IMG/VR virus record: IMGVR_UViG_3300021426_000071
Location: 1-64,000 of that record
From: a virus
Lineage: Duplodnaviria > Caudoviricetes
DNA: 64,000 bases
Strand: one strand, 5' to 3'
Notes under the pieces: generated by a model
The model's input: only the letters and a program-made list of their open reading frames with translations
Told to the model about the DNA's origin: nothing
Databases searched by the model: none
Translations under genes and position numbers: made by a program
Shown here: piece by piece, positions 25,994 to 36,943 of the stretch
Layout: the number at the start of each line of letters is the position of its first letter
How positions within the stretch are numbered: the stretch's first letter is position 1

Positions 25994-26968
25994 TTAAAAA
26001 AGCGATGCCATCATTTCAGCCGCTCTTTCCTTCTCCTCTCCCTTGGTAACAATATAACGCTGGGTTGTGGTGGCGTTCGCGTGTCCTACACAGCGACGAA
26101 CAAATTCGATATCCCCAGTCTTCTTATAAAGGATACTGCAATATCCGCTACGCAGCTTGTGCGGGCTAACGCCATGACCGAGAGCGGCTGCCGTATACTT
26201 CTCTACGACATTCGAAAGCGTATTCCCGTGCATCTCCCTTCCTCTCTTAGATAAGAAGAGGTGGTTATCATCACGTTCTCCACGAATCTCGATCCAGTCC
26301 TTAAGCACCTCGATCATACCGTCGTTAAGCAGATACTCGTGGCGCTTATTTCCCTTATCAATAACAATTAATTTATGCTTCTCCAGATCGAGATCGTCCA
26401 TTGTAATATTACTGAGCGCCGTCTTTCTCATTCCTGTGTTCATAAATAGTAAAATGATGGCTAAATCTCTACGTCTGAGCGTCTCGTTCTCTTCTTTCCT
26501 AATCTCTCGAACAATCTTCTTAAAATCCCTTTCCGTAAGCATGACACGAGATTCATTAATGCGGTCGAGATCTCTGTTCTTCGGTTTTCCAATTGAAGAG
26601 ATGTAGTTCGCTTCAATCATGCCCGAGCTATAAAGATAAGAAAGGAAACTGTTGAGGCAGCACCATACTGTAAGCTGATAAGAGTCAGAAGTATATGTAA
26701 TTTCTCCGTTCTCTTCTTTGGTCTGGATAGAAAGAAAATACCTCATAACAACGTCTTCGGTAATGTCGGATAACTTTACGTTTAAGACGTTAGGATTGAT
26801 GAACTGTAAAAAATGATGGACTTTACTAATATAATCTCTGCAAGTGGCCGCAGTTCTACGCGATGCCTTGAGGCTGAGATACCATCTCCCTACATATGGA
26901 GGCATCTTCGCAACCTTAGCGTCATTCTTCTTTTCAATAGAAAGTTCGCTATGTAATCTTCCGTTCAT
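25994..26968 (-). CDS. tyrosine recombinase/integrase (XerC/D-like)
   Basis: TGMR, DKGNK, PHKLR, GHA, TTQRY; all catalytic residues present. Confidence 0.93.
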   Translation of the reverse strand: MNGRLHSELSIEKKNDAKVAKMPPYVGRWYLSLKASRRTAATCRDYISKVHHFLQFINPNVLNVKLSDITEDVVMRYFLSIQTKEENGEITYTSDSYQLTVWCCLNSFLSYLYSSGMIEANYISSIGKPKNRDLDRINESRVMLTERDFKKIVREIRKEENETLRRRDLAIILLFMNTGMRKTALSNITMDDLDLEKHKLIVIDKGNKRHEYLLNDGMIEVLKDWIEIRGERDDNHLFLSKRGREMHGNTLSNVVEKYTAAALGHGVSPHKLRSGYCSILYKKTGDIEFVRRCVGHANATTTQRYIVTKGEEKERAAEMMASLF

Positions 26969-26985
26969 ATTATTTCCTCCTTATT

Positions 26986-27213
26986 TTATACGATCTCTTC
27001 TAAACTATCGATTGCATCAGAAAGATATTGTGACGCCTCATCTAAACTGCTAATTGCATCTTGAGATTCTTCTCCCCTCATAGAGTATTGAAGCCCCTCT
27101 GGCATACTGTCAAACGCAAACTCCTCATCGTCCTTTACCTTTTCTAATTCATTATATAATTCGTTCAAAGCGGCGCTTATTCTTTTAATTTCTTTTCTTC
27201 TATTATTATTCAT
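26986..27213 (-). CDS. hypothetical phage protein
   Basis: MNNNRRKEI..EE.AFDSMPEGLQYSMRGE. Confidence 0.7.
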   Translation of the reverse strand: MNNNRRKEIKRISAALNELYNELEKVKDDEEFAFDSMPEGLQYSMRGEESQDAISSLDEASQYLSDAIDSLEEIV

Positions 27214-27742
27214 AAAACTCCTCGTAATTATAGAATGTTTTTCCGTTAAGATCTTTTAATTCCGTTACTCGTACCACAACATTCGTTCCATCTACGGATT
27301 CGTATACATAAAAATCACCTTCTTCCATCTCACTGACGAATACTTCGTTTTTAAATTCAACACCTCTCTTTCTCGCATAACTCATCAAAGTGCTCTTTGT
27401 TCTTGCTTTAAAAGATGCAGGTCTGTGTTTACGATAAACGACGGGATCATCATCCTGAAACCAAATACAGACATATACATTATTATCTACAACAGAGTCC
27501 GAAATCTCCATTGCGATATAGTCTTCAATTACCCCATTCGCAAAAAATGTTTGGAGTCTTAAGTTGTTATCACCAAACTCAATCCATCTAAAGGAATCAA
27601 TCAAATCAAATACTTCTTCTCGTTCAATATTCTTTTTATATGTTTCCTTCAAATATGACTTGGCTTCATATTCATCCTTTGCCTTATACAATTCCGGCGT
27701 TCTTATTGGGTTGTCTGTATCCACTACCATTACAATCCACAT
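27206..27742 (-). CDS. hypothetical protein
   Basis: 178-aa ORF in operon. Confidence 0.6.
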   Translation of the reverse strand: MWIVMVVDTDNPIRTPELYKAKDEYEAKSYLKETYKKNIEREEVFDLIDSFRWIEFGDNNLRLQTFFANGVIEDYIAMEISDSVVDNNVYVCIWFQDDDPVVYRKHRPASFKARTKSTLMSYARKRGVEFKNEVFVSEMEEGDFYVYESVDGTNVVVRVTELKDLNGKTFYNYEEFYE

Positions 27743-27752
27743 TCTTCATTCC

Positions 27753-28457
27753 TCAATAGTGCAAATCCTTGCTCCAGCTACAAGTACAAAATCGTGCATT
27801 TATATTATTATCTTCTATCAACTCTTTTCTCGTTCTTTGATTCCCCCACTCCATAATTCCTTTAAGTTTCTCAATCTTGTCCGGCGGTAATGTTTCTTCG
27901 TCAACTATTTTTTCGAATTTAAACGTATCAACATTTACTAATATATTGCCAAATCTGTGAGCACAGAGTACAAAATATCTCTGATCAGTATTGACGTCTG
28001 CATACATAACAGGAGCGTCTGGCAATTCATTAAACCCGTATCCTTCAAACTCAAAACGCTTGTCTATTGCTCTATAGCCATCTCCAACACTTTTCTTTTT
28101 GTCATAAAGGTAATATTTTTCACCTTTATTAATGGCCTCTGTTTTCCACTGCTTTCTTTCAAGTGCTCGCTTATCCCTCCATTCTTGTGATTTATTCCTA
28201 ATTACTTTTCCGTTTCGCGGATTATAATAAATTGTATCCCCATATCTAACAAAATGACCATTCTTAAAAATAGGTCTTACTTCAATTGAGTATGGAATAC
28301 CTGTTTCTGTATCTATTTTGTGACCATATCGGTTAATCCAAAACTTATCGCCATTTTCTTTTGCCCTATTTCGTCTACGATTATCCGTATAAGCATCTCT
28401 AGTCAGATTATAAAAATAGATAGTTACGCCAATAACGATCATTATAACAGCAAACAT
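27753..28457 (-). CDS. membrane-anchored hypothetical protein
   Basis: N-terminal TM; GGAGG RBS. Confidence 0.65.
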   Translation of the reverse strand: MFAVIMIVIGVTIYFYNLTRDAYTDNRRRNRAKENGDKFWINRYGHKIDTETGIPYSIEVRPIFKNGHFVRYGDTIYYNPRNGKVIRNKSQEWRDKRALERKQWKTEAINKGEKYYLYDKKKSVGDGYRAIDKRFEFEGYGFNELPDAPVMYADVNTDQRYFVLCAHRFGNILVNVDTFKFEKIVDEETLPPDKIEKLKGIMEWGNQRTRKELIEDNNINARFCTCSWSKDLHY

Positions 28458-28461
28458 ACTT

Positions 28462-28818
28462 TTACCTCCCTTCCAGCACTCTTCTCCACGCTCTATTTTT
28501 CAGATCTCTCGGCATCTTCTGCTTAAAAACAAGTCTTACATCCGGCTCGTCAGCATACCATTTCCGCATTGCGTCATACACACCGTCCATCTCAAGAATG
28601 GTTGGCTTTACAAACTTCGTACCTTCATAATACCAACTCAGCGTCATTTCATCAAATGCTTCTAAGCAATGCATCTCGCCATCCTTTACCTTAAAAGCAA
28701 CAAATGAAACTTTACCAAGATTTGCAGGATCATTCGGGAATACTGCAACCCAGTGAAATCCGTTTCCGTCATAGTCGGCTTCGCTTCTAATAATTACCTC
28801 GATTATATTCTTTGTCAT
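28462..28818 (-). CDS. hypothetical protein
   Basis: GGAGG RBS. Confidence 0.65.
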   Translation of the reverse strand: MTKNIIEVIIRSEADYDGNGFHWVAVFPNDPANLGKVSFVAFKVKDGEMHCLEAFDEMTLSWYYEGTKFVKPTILEMDGVYDAMRKWYADEPDVRLVFKQKMPRDLKNRAWRRVLEGR

Positions 28819-28833
28819 TACTCAGCCTCCAGA

Positions 28834-29079
28834 CTATACTGTTTTGATATAATTTCCGTCAGGATCATATACAAGATAATTCATGCCGTTTATCTCATAT
28901 CTGTATCCGTCTTCATCTATCATGCCGTGGTAATATCCACGATGTTTAACATACTGTATCAGCCCTCTATAAGGTGTGTTTGCGTTAATCCACTTTACAA
29001 ACTTCTGTTCCGCCACATCATCAAACTCATCTTTGAAGACATCTACTCCATTAGAGTAATACCACTTAACTTTACCCAT
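28834..29079 (-). CDS. hypothetical protein
   Basis: Operon ORF. Confidence 0.6.
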   Translation of the reverse strand: MGKVKWYYSNGVDVFKDEFDDVAEQKFVKWINANTPYRGLIQYVKHRGYYHGMIDEDGYRYEINGMNYLVYDPDGNYIKTV

Positions 29080-29350
29080 TGTATACCTCTGCCCAATAAA
29101 CTGCCTGTTCAGCCTTATCGACGAGTCTACTATATGTACTCACCATAAACGCATGGCGATCATCGTCCTCTTCAGGAATCTGTTTCGCTCTATTAATCAT
29201 CGTCTCACACATTTGAATCATATGGTTACAACGATCAATAATAGCCTGTTTGTTACGACGAGTGCTTCTTACATTCTCAGGAAGGTTTACCTCTTCCCAG
29301 AGGCCCATCGGCTCAAGTCCATACTGCTTAAAAAGATATTCAAAGTTCAT
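29072..29350 (-). CDS. hypothetical protein
   Basis: GGAGG RBS. Confidence 0.6.
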   Translation of the reverse strand: MNFEYLFKQYGLEPMGLWEEVNLPENVRSTRRNKQAIIDRCNHMIQMCETMINRAKQIPEEDDDRHAFMVSTYSRLVDKAEQAVYWAEVYNG

Positions 29351-29700
29351 GCGTTTACCTCCGCTGATATTTTTTCACAATAATGTTCAATTGCCTTTCT
29401 GTTTTCCGGCGTATCAACCCATCCAAAATATCTTCTGTCAAAATTCTCTGGCAACTCATCAACAGGAATGATTTTGCAGAAGCCAGTTCTCTCAGCTTCG
29501 ATTGCGCAAGCTTCATCGTCATACCCTTCAGAATTCGTGTCAGGAACAAGGTACACATCTCCAATTGCTTCGATTTCAAGCATTCCCGTTCCATCGAAAT
29601 CGAAGATATCGTATCCTCTCTCACACGCTTCTAAAGACCATCCTTCTCTAAGTGCATACACAATCTGTCTCTTTGTAGGTTTTACATATGCCATATTCAA
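29347..29700 (-). CDS. hypothetical acidic protein
   Basis: AAGGAG RBS; WVDTPENR. Confidence 0.65.
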   Translation of the reverse strand: MNMAYVKPTKRQIVYALREGWSLEACERGYDIFDFDGTGMLEIEAIGDVYLVPDTNSEGYDDEACAIEAERTGFCKIIPVDELPENFDRRYFGWVDTPENRKAIEHYCEKISAEVNA

Positions 29701-29940
29701 TCTCCTTTCGCTTCAGTTTATTTAATTCGTGGCGTGGTTATCCGATAGAGCGGTGGTCTTCATCCACAATATCGTAAAAATCCGACTCGTAGATGCTGTT
29801 TACTCTGTCATCTGCTTCGTAGTTGCGGATCGCATCTCTCGCATCCGTGACGGTCGCGAATGCCTCAATAAATGTTCCTGTTTCTCTGTCTGCCGTGTAA
29901 AACATGGTGTGGGATTCCTTTCTTCTCTTAGCCGACCGAT

Positions 29941-30297
29941 TTACACATCAAAGTTAACTGCGTGATACGCCATCCATCTGCCGTTTCGCTTAAACAGTTT
30001 GTACCAACTCGTAAACGGTCTGCCTGTGCAGTCGTAGTATGACCAGTACTTGTCAATATATTCCGCGTCTCTGAAATAATCGTCCGCTTCCCTCTCATCC
30101 TTAAGATCATCAGGCAATTCGATCAGGCAAACGTAACCATCAATTCCGTATTCCTTTATGATCCTGCGGTCGGAGTCGCGGTGGGTATAGTCGCGAATTG
30201 CACGTTTCAGTTCTGCAAGATCAGCATCCGCCGGAAGATTTCTAATCAACCAGTAATTAATTCTCAGATCGTCTTTGTTCCTTATGGTAACGGTCAT
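29941..30297 (-). CDS. hypothetical phage protein
   Basis: YDCTGRPFT motif. Confidence 0.65.
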   Translation of the reverse strand: MTVTIRNKDDLRINYWLIRNLPADADLAELKRAIRDYTHRDSDRRIIKEYGIDGYVCLIELPDDLKDEREADDYFRDAEYIDKYWSYYDCTGRPFTSWYKLFKRNGRWMAYHAVNFDV

Positions 30298-30302
30298 CTA
30301 CA

Positions 30303-30548
30303 TCACCATCCTTTCTCTTCATCATCATCGTCAAGATCATCATCAGGCTCTATTTCAAGGTCTTCGGAAAGTACAGATGCTCCGAGCAATTCTCCGATTC
30401 CCTGTTCCCATTGATCGCTCCAATCAATGAAGAACGCTTCATCATCGGATATTCTTACATTTCCGTATTTGTCTACATACACATTGTCTGTTTCGCAGTC
30501 ATACACATTCAGCGTCAAGCTGATTTTTACACGTCCGTTTACTATCAT
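30303..30548 (-). CDS. small highly acidic protein
   Basis: D/E-rich C-terminus. Confidence 0.6.
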   Translation of the reverse strand: MIVNGRVKISLTLNVYDCETDNVYVDKYGNVRISDDEAFFIDWSDQWEQGIGELLGASVLSEDLEIEPDDDLDDDDEEKGW

Positions 30549-30736
30549 TATTTAAACCATCCTGCCTTTTCATACTCATCCGTCAAATCTGCTTCATAAA
30601 CAATTCCGGCAACGCCGATTCCCGAATTTTCAATTGTGTTCATTACTGCGTCAATATAATCGCTTTCCCTCTGCTCATCGGTTAAGATAAGGTCTACGCT
30701 AATCTGAACAATTGACATATCAATCTCCTTTCGTCA

Positions 30737-30943
30737 TTACGCATATACGTTTTCGCAAAACACCACATCATCGTTGCAAAAAATTTGAAGCGTATATGAT
30801 CCGTCATCGGGTTCTCTATACAGGCCAACTTCAATTTTGCGTCCTCTAAAATCTTTACTTTTGTACTGAATGATTTCGCCATACCCAGACCATGTGCCGG
30901 GTTCTAACTCTTCCCAATCAGGAAACATATTCTTCCAGTGCAT
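30737..30943 (-). CDS. hypothetical protein
   Basis: ATG at 30943 after AGGAGG. Confidence 0.6.
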   Translation of the reverse strand: MHWKNMFPDWEELEPGTWSGYGEIIQYKSKDFRGRKIEVGLYREPDDGSYTLQIFCNDDVVFCENVYA

Positions 30944-30956
30944 AAAACCTCCTTTC

Positions 30957-31313
30957 TTAAAATGCGTGAGTTTCGAGATATGTTTTACAAGCTTCATAAC
31001 GATCAGGACAATTCTTACGAATATCTTCAAGTGTGTAACCGTGTTTGTTTGGATCGAATAACTGATAGTAAAAATCCCATTCGTCCCAATTCTCTTCCTC
31101 GGCGACCTGTGCAAGTGCATCAACCTCATCGTCAATTGCTTCCTCGCCGTAAGTTTCAAACCATACTTCTTCGTTACATGTAACAACCAAACGTGCGCCG
31201 ACTATCTCATGGGCAGTCTGAAAATCGCTACTAACAAGATTCGGATTACTAATATAAACAATCGCGTCATCACTACAATGCTCAAGCTGCCTCTTCAGTT
31301 CTCTTACTGTCAT
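30957..31313 (-). CDS. hypothetical protein
   Basis: MTVRELKRQLE N-terminus. Confidence 0.65.
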   Translation of the reverse strand: MTVRELKRQLEHCSDDAIVYISNPNLVSSDFQTAHEIVGARLVVTCNEEVWFETYGEEAIDDEVDALAQVAEEENWDEWDFYYQLFDPNKHGYTLEDIRKNCPDRYEACKTYLETHAF

Positions 31314-31451
31314 ATCAATTCTCCCTTATTTCAAAATCGCCATACGTGATACTCGCTTCGAGGTAATCAATCCCAGCCTTTCGAAGCGTTTCCCTCATCA
31401 TTTCCTTTGTGTCTTCAATATTGGGATCCTTAAATGTAATATTGAATGTTC

Positions 31452-32315
31452 TCATGCCACATCTCCTTTCTTACCCGTAAGAATGAACTCAACTGCCTTC
31501 TCTGCCTTGCTTGCCGCGCTCACGATCAGCCGCTGATCGTTATTAAGCGCTTTCAGCCATCCCTGAATATAGCCCGCAGAATTATTGAAAGTCTTTTCAA
31601 TTTCAATTCCGCAGTGATTGACGAGCATTGCTGCTCCGAGTTCCGCAACCAACTCTTCCTTACTGTAGTCTTCGCCGCCAAACGCCGCCGACTGCCCAGT
31701 CGAAAGTCTGTTAAGTCTGTGAACCGCACCAGTCGAGTGCGTCAACTCATGGAACGCCGTCGAGTAATACTCTTCCCTTACAGGGAACTGGCTCAGCATC
31801 GGAACAACTACCTCATCCGTTGTCGGGGAGTAGTAAGCCTCATTGCTCGGCCTGTCGTTGGTAAAGGTGAGAGACGTTTCCCTCGTCACATACTCAGAGA
31901 TGATGTCTTCTGCTTCCGTAATCGGATCGTGCTCAACGATCTCGATATCTTTCCGTTCAATAGTCGTATCGCCGATCCAAAATACGTTGTAATACCGCAG
32001 GATCGGGATCGTATTGACAACGGGCTTTCCGTCCTTATCTTTCTCGTTCGGATCTTCCTTCCGCATGATCTTCCAGAAGACTACGAACTCGGACTTGGCA
32101 CCCTTATTTACTTTGCCACCCATCTCCTGCACCTGTTTGAAGGTGAGGTAGCCGTCGTTATGGCTAAGAAGAAGCTGATTCAGCAGTGAGTAGCGGCGTT
32201 TCGTTTTGTAGTTGTACGCTCCGTTTACCGTGCCAGTCCAGCCGCGCTGCCACGGAATGATTCCTTCCTGAAGCTTACTGATGATTCTGTTTGTAACCAT
32301 TTCATAAACGTTCAT
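31452..32315 (-). CDS. ardC: ArdC-like ssDNA-binding antirestriction protein with zincin domain
   Basis: IIPW...W, YSLLN, TFKQ...G..V.KG, YYNVF, AYYSP..D, FHELTHSTG, YSKEELVAE. Confidence 0.9.
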   Translation of the reverse strand: MNVYEMVTNRIISKLQEGIIPWQRGWTGTVNGAYNYKTKRRYSLLNQLLLSHNDGYLTFKQVQEMGGKVNKGAKSEFVVFWKIMRKEDPNEKDKDGKPVVNTIPILRYYNVFWIGDTTIERKDIEIVEHDPITEAEDIISEYVTRETSLTFTNDRPSNEAYYSPTTDEVVVPMLSQFPVREEYYSTAFHELTHSTGAVHRLNRLSTGQSAAFGGEDYSKEELVAELGAAMLVNHCGIEIEKTFNNSAGYIQGWLKALNNDQRLIVSAASKAEKAVEFILTGKKGDVA

Positions 32316-32325
32316 GTTTCCCTCC

Positions 32326-33243
32326 TTATTTATTATCTGTGCAGATATATCCTTCGTCGTCTAAATACGACCGTAATTTATCTACGTCCCTTGACATAGC
32401 AGCTTCTACAAACACATACCTTCCTTTATAGAGTTTGTAGAAATCATGGTTGCCATCAATTCGATTTGTATAAGTCTTTGTTTCCGTATCAAACGCAACT
32501 CCGTTACAAGTTCCGTCTTTGCGACAATGACAATATTTTAAAACCTGTCTCATACCTTCCCCTTTCATCCAATGTTCAATATCGCTTACATCTTAATTAG
32601 AATGGCTTCCTTTATTACTTCGGAGAGTTCTCCAGTTGCCTTATCAAGATCGATCACGATATCGGGAGGGCAATCTCCGTATTTAATACCGTATTCGTCC
32701 TGAATCTTAAGAAAAACATCCGTTACTGCATCATTGAGCAGTTTAAAAATTCTCTCGTACATATCATCCAAGAATCACAGAATGCTCTGCATCAGTTACA
32801 TGCATAAATGAACAGGTGGAATAAATTGCGTACTGCACATCTTCCTGATTCGTAGTAAAACCATAAGACAGATCGTGGAATCCGTTCCATTCCTCATCGG
32901 CAGGCACAATTACGTTGCAATCGCCGAATCCATATTCAATCGCTCCATCACACAGATTTCTAAGTTCGCTAATCGTCATCATTTCACCTCATCAGCCCAC
33001 ATAACAAACCACATCATTTACAACATCCCAGACATCTTTTCTGTACTTGATAATGTCGCACAACAGAGACATATCAACCGCATCGACCGAATAAGTGGTG
33101 CGGTCATATATATCCTCTGGATTAGGAACATCTTCAAGTTTTCTATTTGCCGTCATTGCTGCATCGATAGCCCCAGTTTCCGTTTTGGCATTTACAAGAA
33201 ACTGTGTTAAATCAGGTTCCCAAGTAACCAGCCACAGCGTCAT
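32326..33243 (-). other. four small hypothetical CDS (32326-32568, 32586-32771, 32764-32982, 32992-33243)
   Basis: Tightly packed minus-strand ORFs with RBS. Confidence 0.6.
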
Positions 33244-33287
33244 TTACATCTCCTCCCTTCATTCGCATACATAACAGTCATTGTTCA

Positions 33288-33969
33288 TCATCCCAGAACC
33301 CTCCCGTCAAGAATGTGGTCAATGGTATTTAATGTCACCGCGAATGACTCGATCTCAGGGATTGTCATATCAGCGCATTTCCTTACGGAATCCCTGAGAT
33401 CAATAAGAGTTGCCTTTGCGGTAAGAAGCCGCTCCCTATCTTCCTTGTTGAGATCAACTCGCATATACAGATTTACGTTAAACATATTAATTCTCCCTCC
33501 ACTCTTCGATCTCTTCGTCTGTGAAATCATTTTCAAAATCCATTGCGTACCAATACTCAGCCGGAGAATTGAACTCACCTTTCGGATCTGCGAGATCGTA
33601 CAGTGCGTCCTCTTCGTCCTCATCAATGTCGTAATTCTGATACTGATCGTGAATCCAGCCCAGCACCCACGGAATCGACTTCGTCTTCAGTAACTCTTTT
33701 ACCTTATCTGCTCTCATCATTTTCTCCTTTCAGAACGAGAGATTAATCCGCTCGTTAACATCCTCACTAATTGCGTCAACCAGATTCTGCAAGAAGGAAT
33801 AGGTTACCTTCTCACAAAATTCGTTCTCAAGTTTCGCGTACTCCTCGTCCGTTTCCACATCGGTTTCGGGATCTTCAATCCCCTTTGCTGCACAAAATGC
33901 GTAAAAGAGATCAACCGAATTCCATCTGAGATTGTCGTCGAGATACTTGTCGATTTTTGCGAGTGTCAT
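33288..33969 (-). other. three small hypothetical CDS (33288-33485, 33487-33720, 33730-33969), two of them very acidic
   Basis: Packed ORFs with GGAG RBS. Confidence 0.6.
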
Positions 33970-34001
33970 ATTCAGCCCTCCTTTATTACCCTATTTATGA
34001 T

Positions 34002-34742
34002 TTAATGTGCATTGAAAACAACGTGTTCATTTGCCTTAAGTACCCAGCACCCTTCTTTGTAGAAGTGGCAAGCCGAGCAGTTGCCGCCGCAGTAGTACGC
34101 ACCGAACTCCGGCGCAGTCGTGTCTCCGTTCTCCCAAAGAACGTGTGACTCAGGAACGTGATGCGGATTGCTGATCTCCATTCCTTCCCATCTCGAATAA
34201 ATCGGATGCACATTAGAAGGAAAGCCGAAGTTGTCAGGGTTCATATAAATGTAATCGTCAATGAAGTTATTGCATCCATCGTAATTCTTGGTGAAGAACA
34301 AGATGTCCGTTCCCTTATTGTTATCTCCGACTTTAGCAACGAAGCTGAAGTCATCATCCGTAAGATCGCCACCAACATTCAGCCGCAGCTCCGTTACGAA
34401 TTCTGCCTTAATTCCGTCGTCGATCTCCTGCCAGTAGCGGGCGGGATCTGCCATGTGGATCGCGCTGTTCTGCGCTCTCAGATTCACACATCCCTTCTGG
34501 ATGCAATCATGTCTGACGTCGTAGCAGTTCCCTCTGCAACCAGAGCAGTTGGGGCAGTCAATAATCGGAAGCAGTGAAGCTGTACGACAGTTGACACCCG
34601 TCTTCGAGTTGCCGGGAACAAGTCTGACATGAATGTTTGCAACATCTTTCAGGTACTCATCCCTCAGCTTCAGGTATCTTTTTACGGCTCTCTGAATTGC
34701 CGCGTTGCCCCACTCGCCCTTTCTCTTTGCCATCTTGCGCAC
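34002..34742 (-). CDS. gp88-like protein (radical-SAM-related fold)
   Basis: GNSKTG, CPNCSGC...CY, LRLNVGGD, FFTK, C.GNC..C. Confidence 0.75.
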   Translation of the reverse strand: MRKMAKRKGEWGNAAIQRAVKRYLKLRDEYLKDVANIHVRLVPGNSKTGVNCRTASLLPIIDCPNCSGCRGNCYDVRHDCIQKGCVNLRAQNSAIHMADPARYWQEIDDGIKAEFVTELRLNVGGDLTDDDFSFVAKVGDNNKGTDILFFTKNYDGCNNFIDDYIYMNPDNFGFPSNVHPIYSRWEGMEISNPHHVPESHVLWENGDTTAPEFGAYYCGGNCSACHFYKEGCWVLKANEHVVFNAH

Positions 34743-34751
34743 TCCTTTCGC

Positions 34752-35312
34752 TTAATATGTGCAACCTTTAGGATAGAACTCATTCTGTCTCCAGAAGTTG
34801 GACTCGTTTGCCTTGGAAGGATAGAAACACTTTAAGCAGTCATGCGGGCATTCCATCCCAGCCATGATGATTTCCTCAAAAGGAGCGTCTGGATCTAAGA
34901 CGCCAGCGCCGATCCGCTCATCTCCCTTAAACAGCTGATAGAAGAGACCTTCATAGTCTGCGAGCAGCATTCGTAAATCCAACCATGTTTCAACCATCAT
35001 TTCTTTTACGAGCGTTCCGTCTTCTGGATAATTTGCGTAATGTGTCAGATCATCATCTTTCTCTGCTGTAATCACAATTCTGTACTTCATATCCCTTAAT
35101 AACCTCCGCGCCCAATCTACACGATCCGGCAAATCGTTTCCGCAGTATTTAATCTCTTCCTTTAGTGTGTCTGAGATCGCATCATAGTCTCCCTTGAGCA
35201 ACGCATCTTCAATATCGCGAATATAGAAGTGTCTTGCGTCATCTGGCGGCTCGACCATATCTAAATCTGTCATAAACTCAAACATCTCTTCCGCGAATTT
35301 TCGTATGTCCAT
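34752..35312 (-). CDS. hypothetical protein
   Basis: 186-aa ORF with GAGG RBS. Confidence 0.65.
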   Translation of the reverse strand: MDIRKFAEEMFEFMTDLDMVEPPDDARHFYIRDIEDALLKGDYDAISDTLKEEIKYCGNDLPDRVDWARRLLRDMKYRIVITAEKDDDLTHYANYPEDGTLVKEMMVETWLDLRMLLADYEGLFYQLFKGDERIGAGVLDPDAPFEEIIMAGMECPHDCLKCFYPSKANESNFWRQNEFYPKGCTY

Positions 35313-35321
35313 TGCGTTACC

Positions 35322-36372
35322 TCACAGTTTGTAAACATGAACTCCGTCCTTGGTCGCTTCACAGAAGCAGCCCATCTCAACGAGTCGGGTGATAATTGCG
35401 GGCGGGCATTCCTTAATCACAATTCCCTTAACGCATGTCGTTCCCTGAAGTCTCCCGAACTGAAGCGTTACAGGTGATGTGTTCTTCGAAGTCTCATAGA
35501 TAACCTTGACAATGTCGAATTCGTTCATTTCGCTTACTCCTTTTCAGTCGTATATAACCTGATTTCCATCCTCATCTTCAATAAAGAACAGTTCTGCATC
35601 ATGTCCTTCCGCTTCCCATTTCTTCTGTGCTTCGTCAACCGAAGCCGCATCGATCCACTCCTCTTCCACAACTGTACGGATATACACAACTCTATATGTC
35701 CCCATTTCGCTTACTCCTTTCACATATCAACCGTGATCGTCCCCTCGACTCCATCGCAATGCGTCTGTAAATAATCAGCGATCATCTTCGCACAACAGTT
35801 ACTCCATTTCTGTTTTGTCCGTGATATCCGACAGTGTTTTTTATAATCCCAATACTTCAATTCTTCGGCGCAGAAATCGCCGATCCTGTCATCATATTCG
35901 TTTATGTGATACAGTACCGCCTCGGCCTCTCCGCCATAACGGCTTACAATGTACATCGGATTATCATTGTCGAATTCGTCGATTCTCTTAACGCCACACC
36001 AGTCGTAACACTCATCTTCCGTTCCACAGGCGAAGTCAATAACCTCACCCACCTTCATATCATTTACAAGCGTTGCAAGATCGATCAGTTTCATTTCCCT
36101 CATATATTCTCCTCTCAGTGATCTGTACCATGACCGCAGATAATCAGTTCATCGTTTTTCTTTCGCCGGATCTCCATTCGAAGAGGATCAGAGGGATCAT
36201 GCCACGTTCCGTAGAAAACGCACTCCTCAAGATAGTGGTCGGGATCGAGATCCCAGATCCCTTCCAGATAGAGTTCGTAACAATCAGCCATATCCATCTT
36301 GTCGAAGATCTGTATCGGTTTCTCTATTGCCGAATAAATTTCGCCTTCCATCTCATACTTAACAAGAAACAT
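35322..36372 (-). other. four small CDS (35322-35528, about 35544-35705, 35720-36103, 36115-36372)
   Basis: Packed ORFs; two share the identical leader AAAGGAGTAAGCGAAATG. Confidence 0.6.
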
Positions 36373-36376
36373 TTCT

Positions 36377-36883
36377 TCACTTCCTTTCCGTCCACGGCTC
36401 CGGGAGCGGCTGCCATGCAAGTACGTCATCGTCATCAAGATCTCCAAATAACATATCATTCCATTTTTCTTTTCCGCTTCGTGGATCGCATGATCTATGT
36501 GCCGTACATACACTCGGAAGATTCGACCTAAAATTCAATGGTTTTTTAGAGATGAGTACATATGTTCCAACTTCTGGCAACCTCTTACTGCACGGTATCC
36601 ACCCCTGTTCTGGCTGTGCAGGCGGCTCGGTACTAACAACTCTGTCGCAGTAAAGTCCGCCATCCGCTTTCGCTCTTGTCATGAGTCTCAGGAAGAGACC
36701 CATCAGTTCCGCGAACGTGTCGTCATCTGCGTAGTACTCCAGATCTTCGTCCGTCGTTTCGCTTGTGATATCTCCGTCCGCAACTCCTGCGTAGAGCCAC
36801 GGCATGAAGATATCCTCGTTGTTGATGCATCTCACAAGTGTTTCCATTGCACGGATTACTTCCGCTCTTTCCTTAAGCTTCAT
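36377..36883 (-). CDS. hypothetical protein with C-terminal DUF551-like domain
   Basis: WIPCSKRLPE...VLAWQPLPEP. Confidence 0.75.
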   Translation of the reverse strand: MKLKERAEVIRAMETLVRCINNEDIFMPWLYAGVADGDITSETTDEDLEYYADDDTFAELMGLFLRLMTRAKADGGLYCDRVVSTEPPAQPEQGWIPCSKRLPEVGTYVLISKKPLNFRSNLPSVCTAHRSCDPRSGKEKWNDMLFGDLDDDDVLAWQPLPEPWTERK

Positions 36884-36943
36884 AGATGATCTCTCCTTTC
36901 CCATCTTCAATAGTGACTACCTTCAACCGCTAGTGTTACATGG

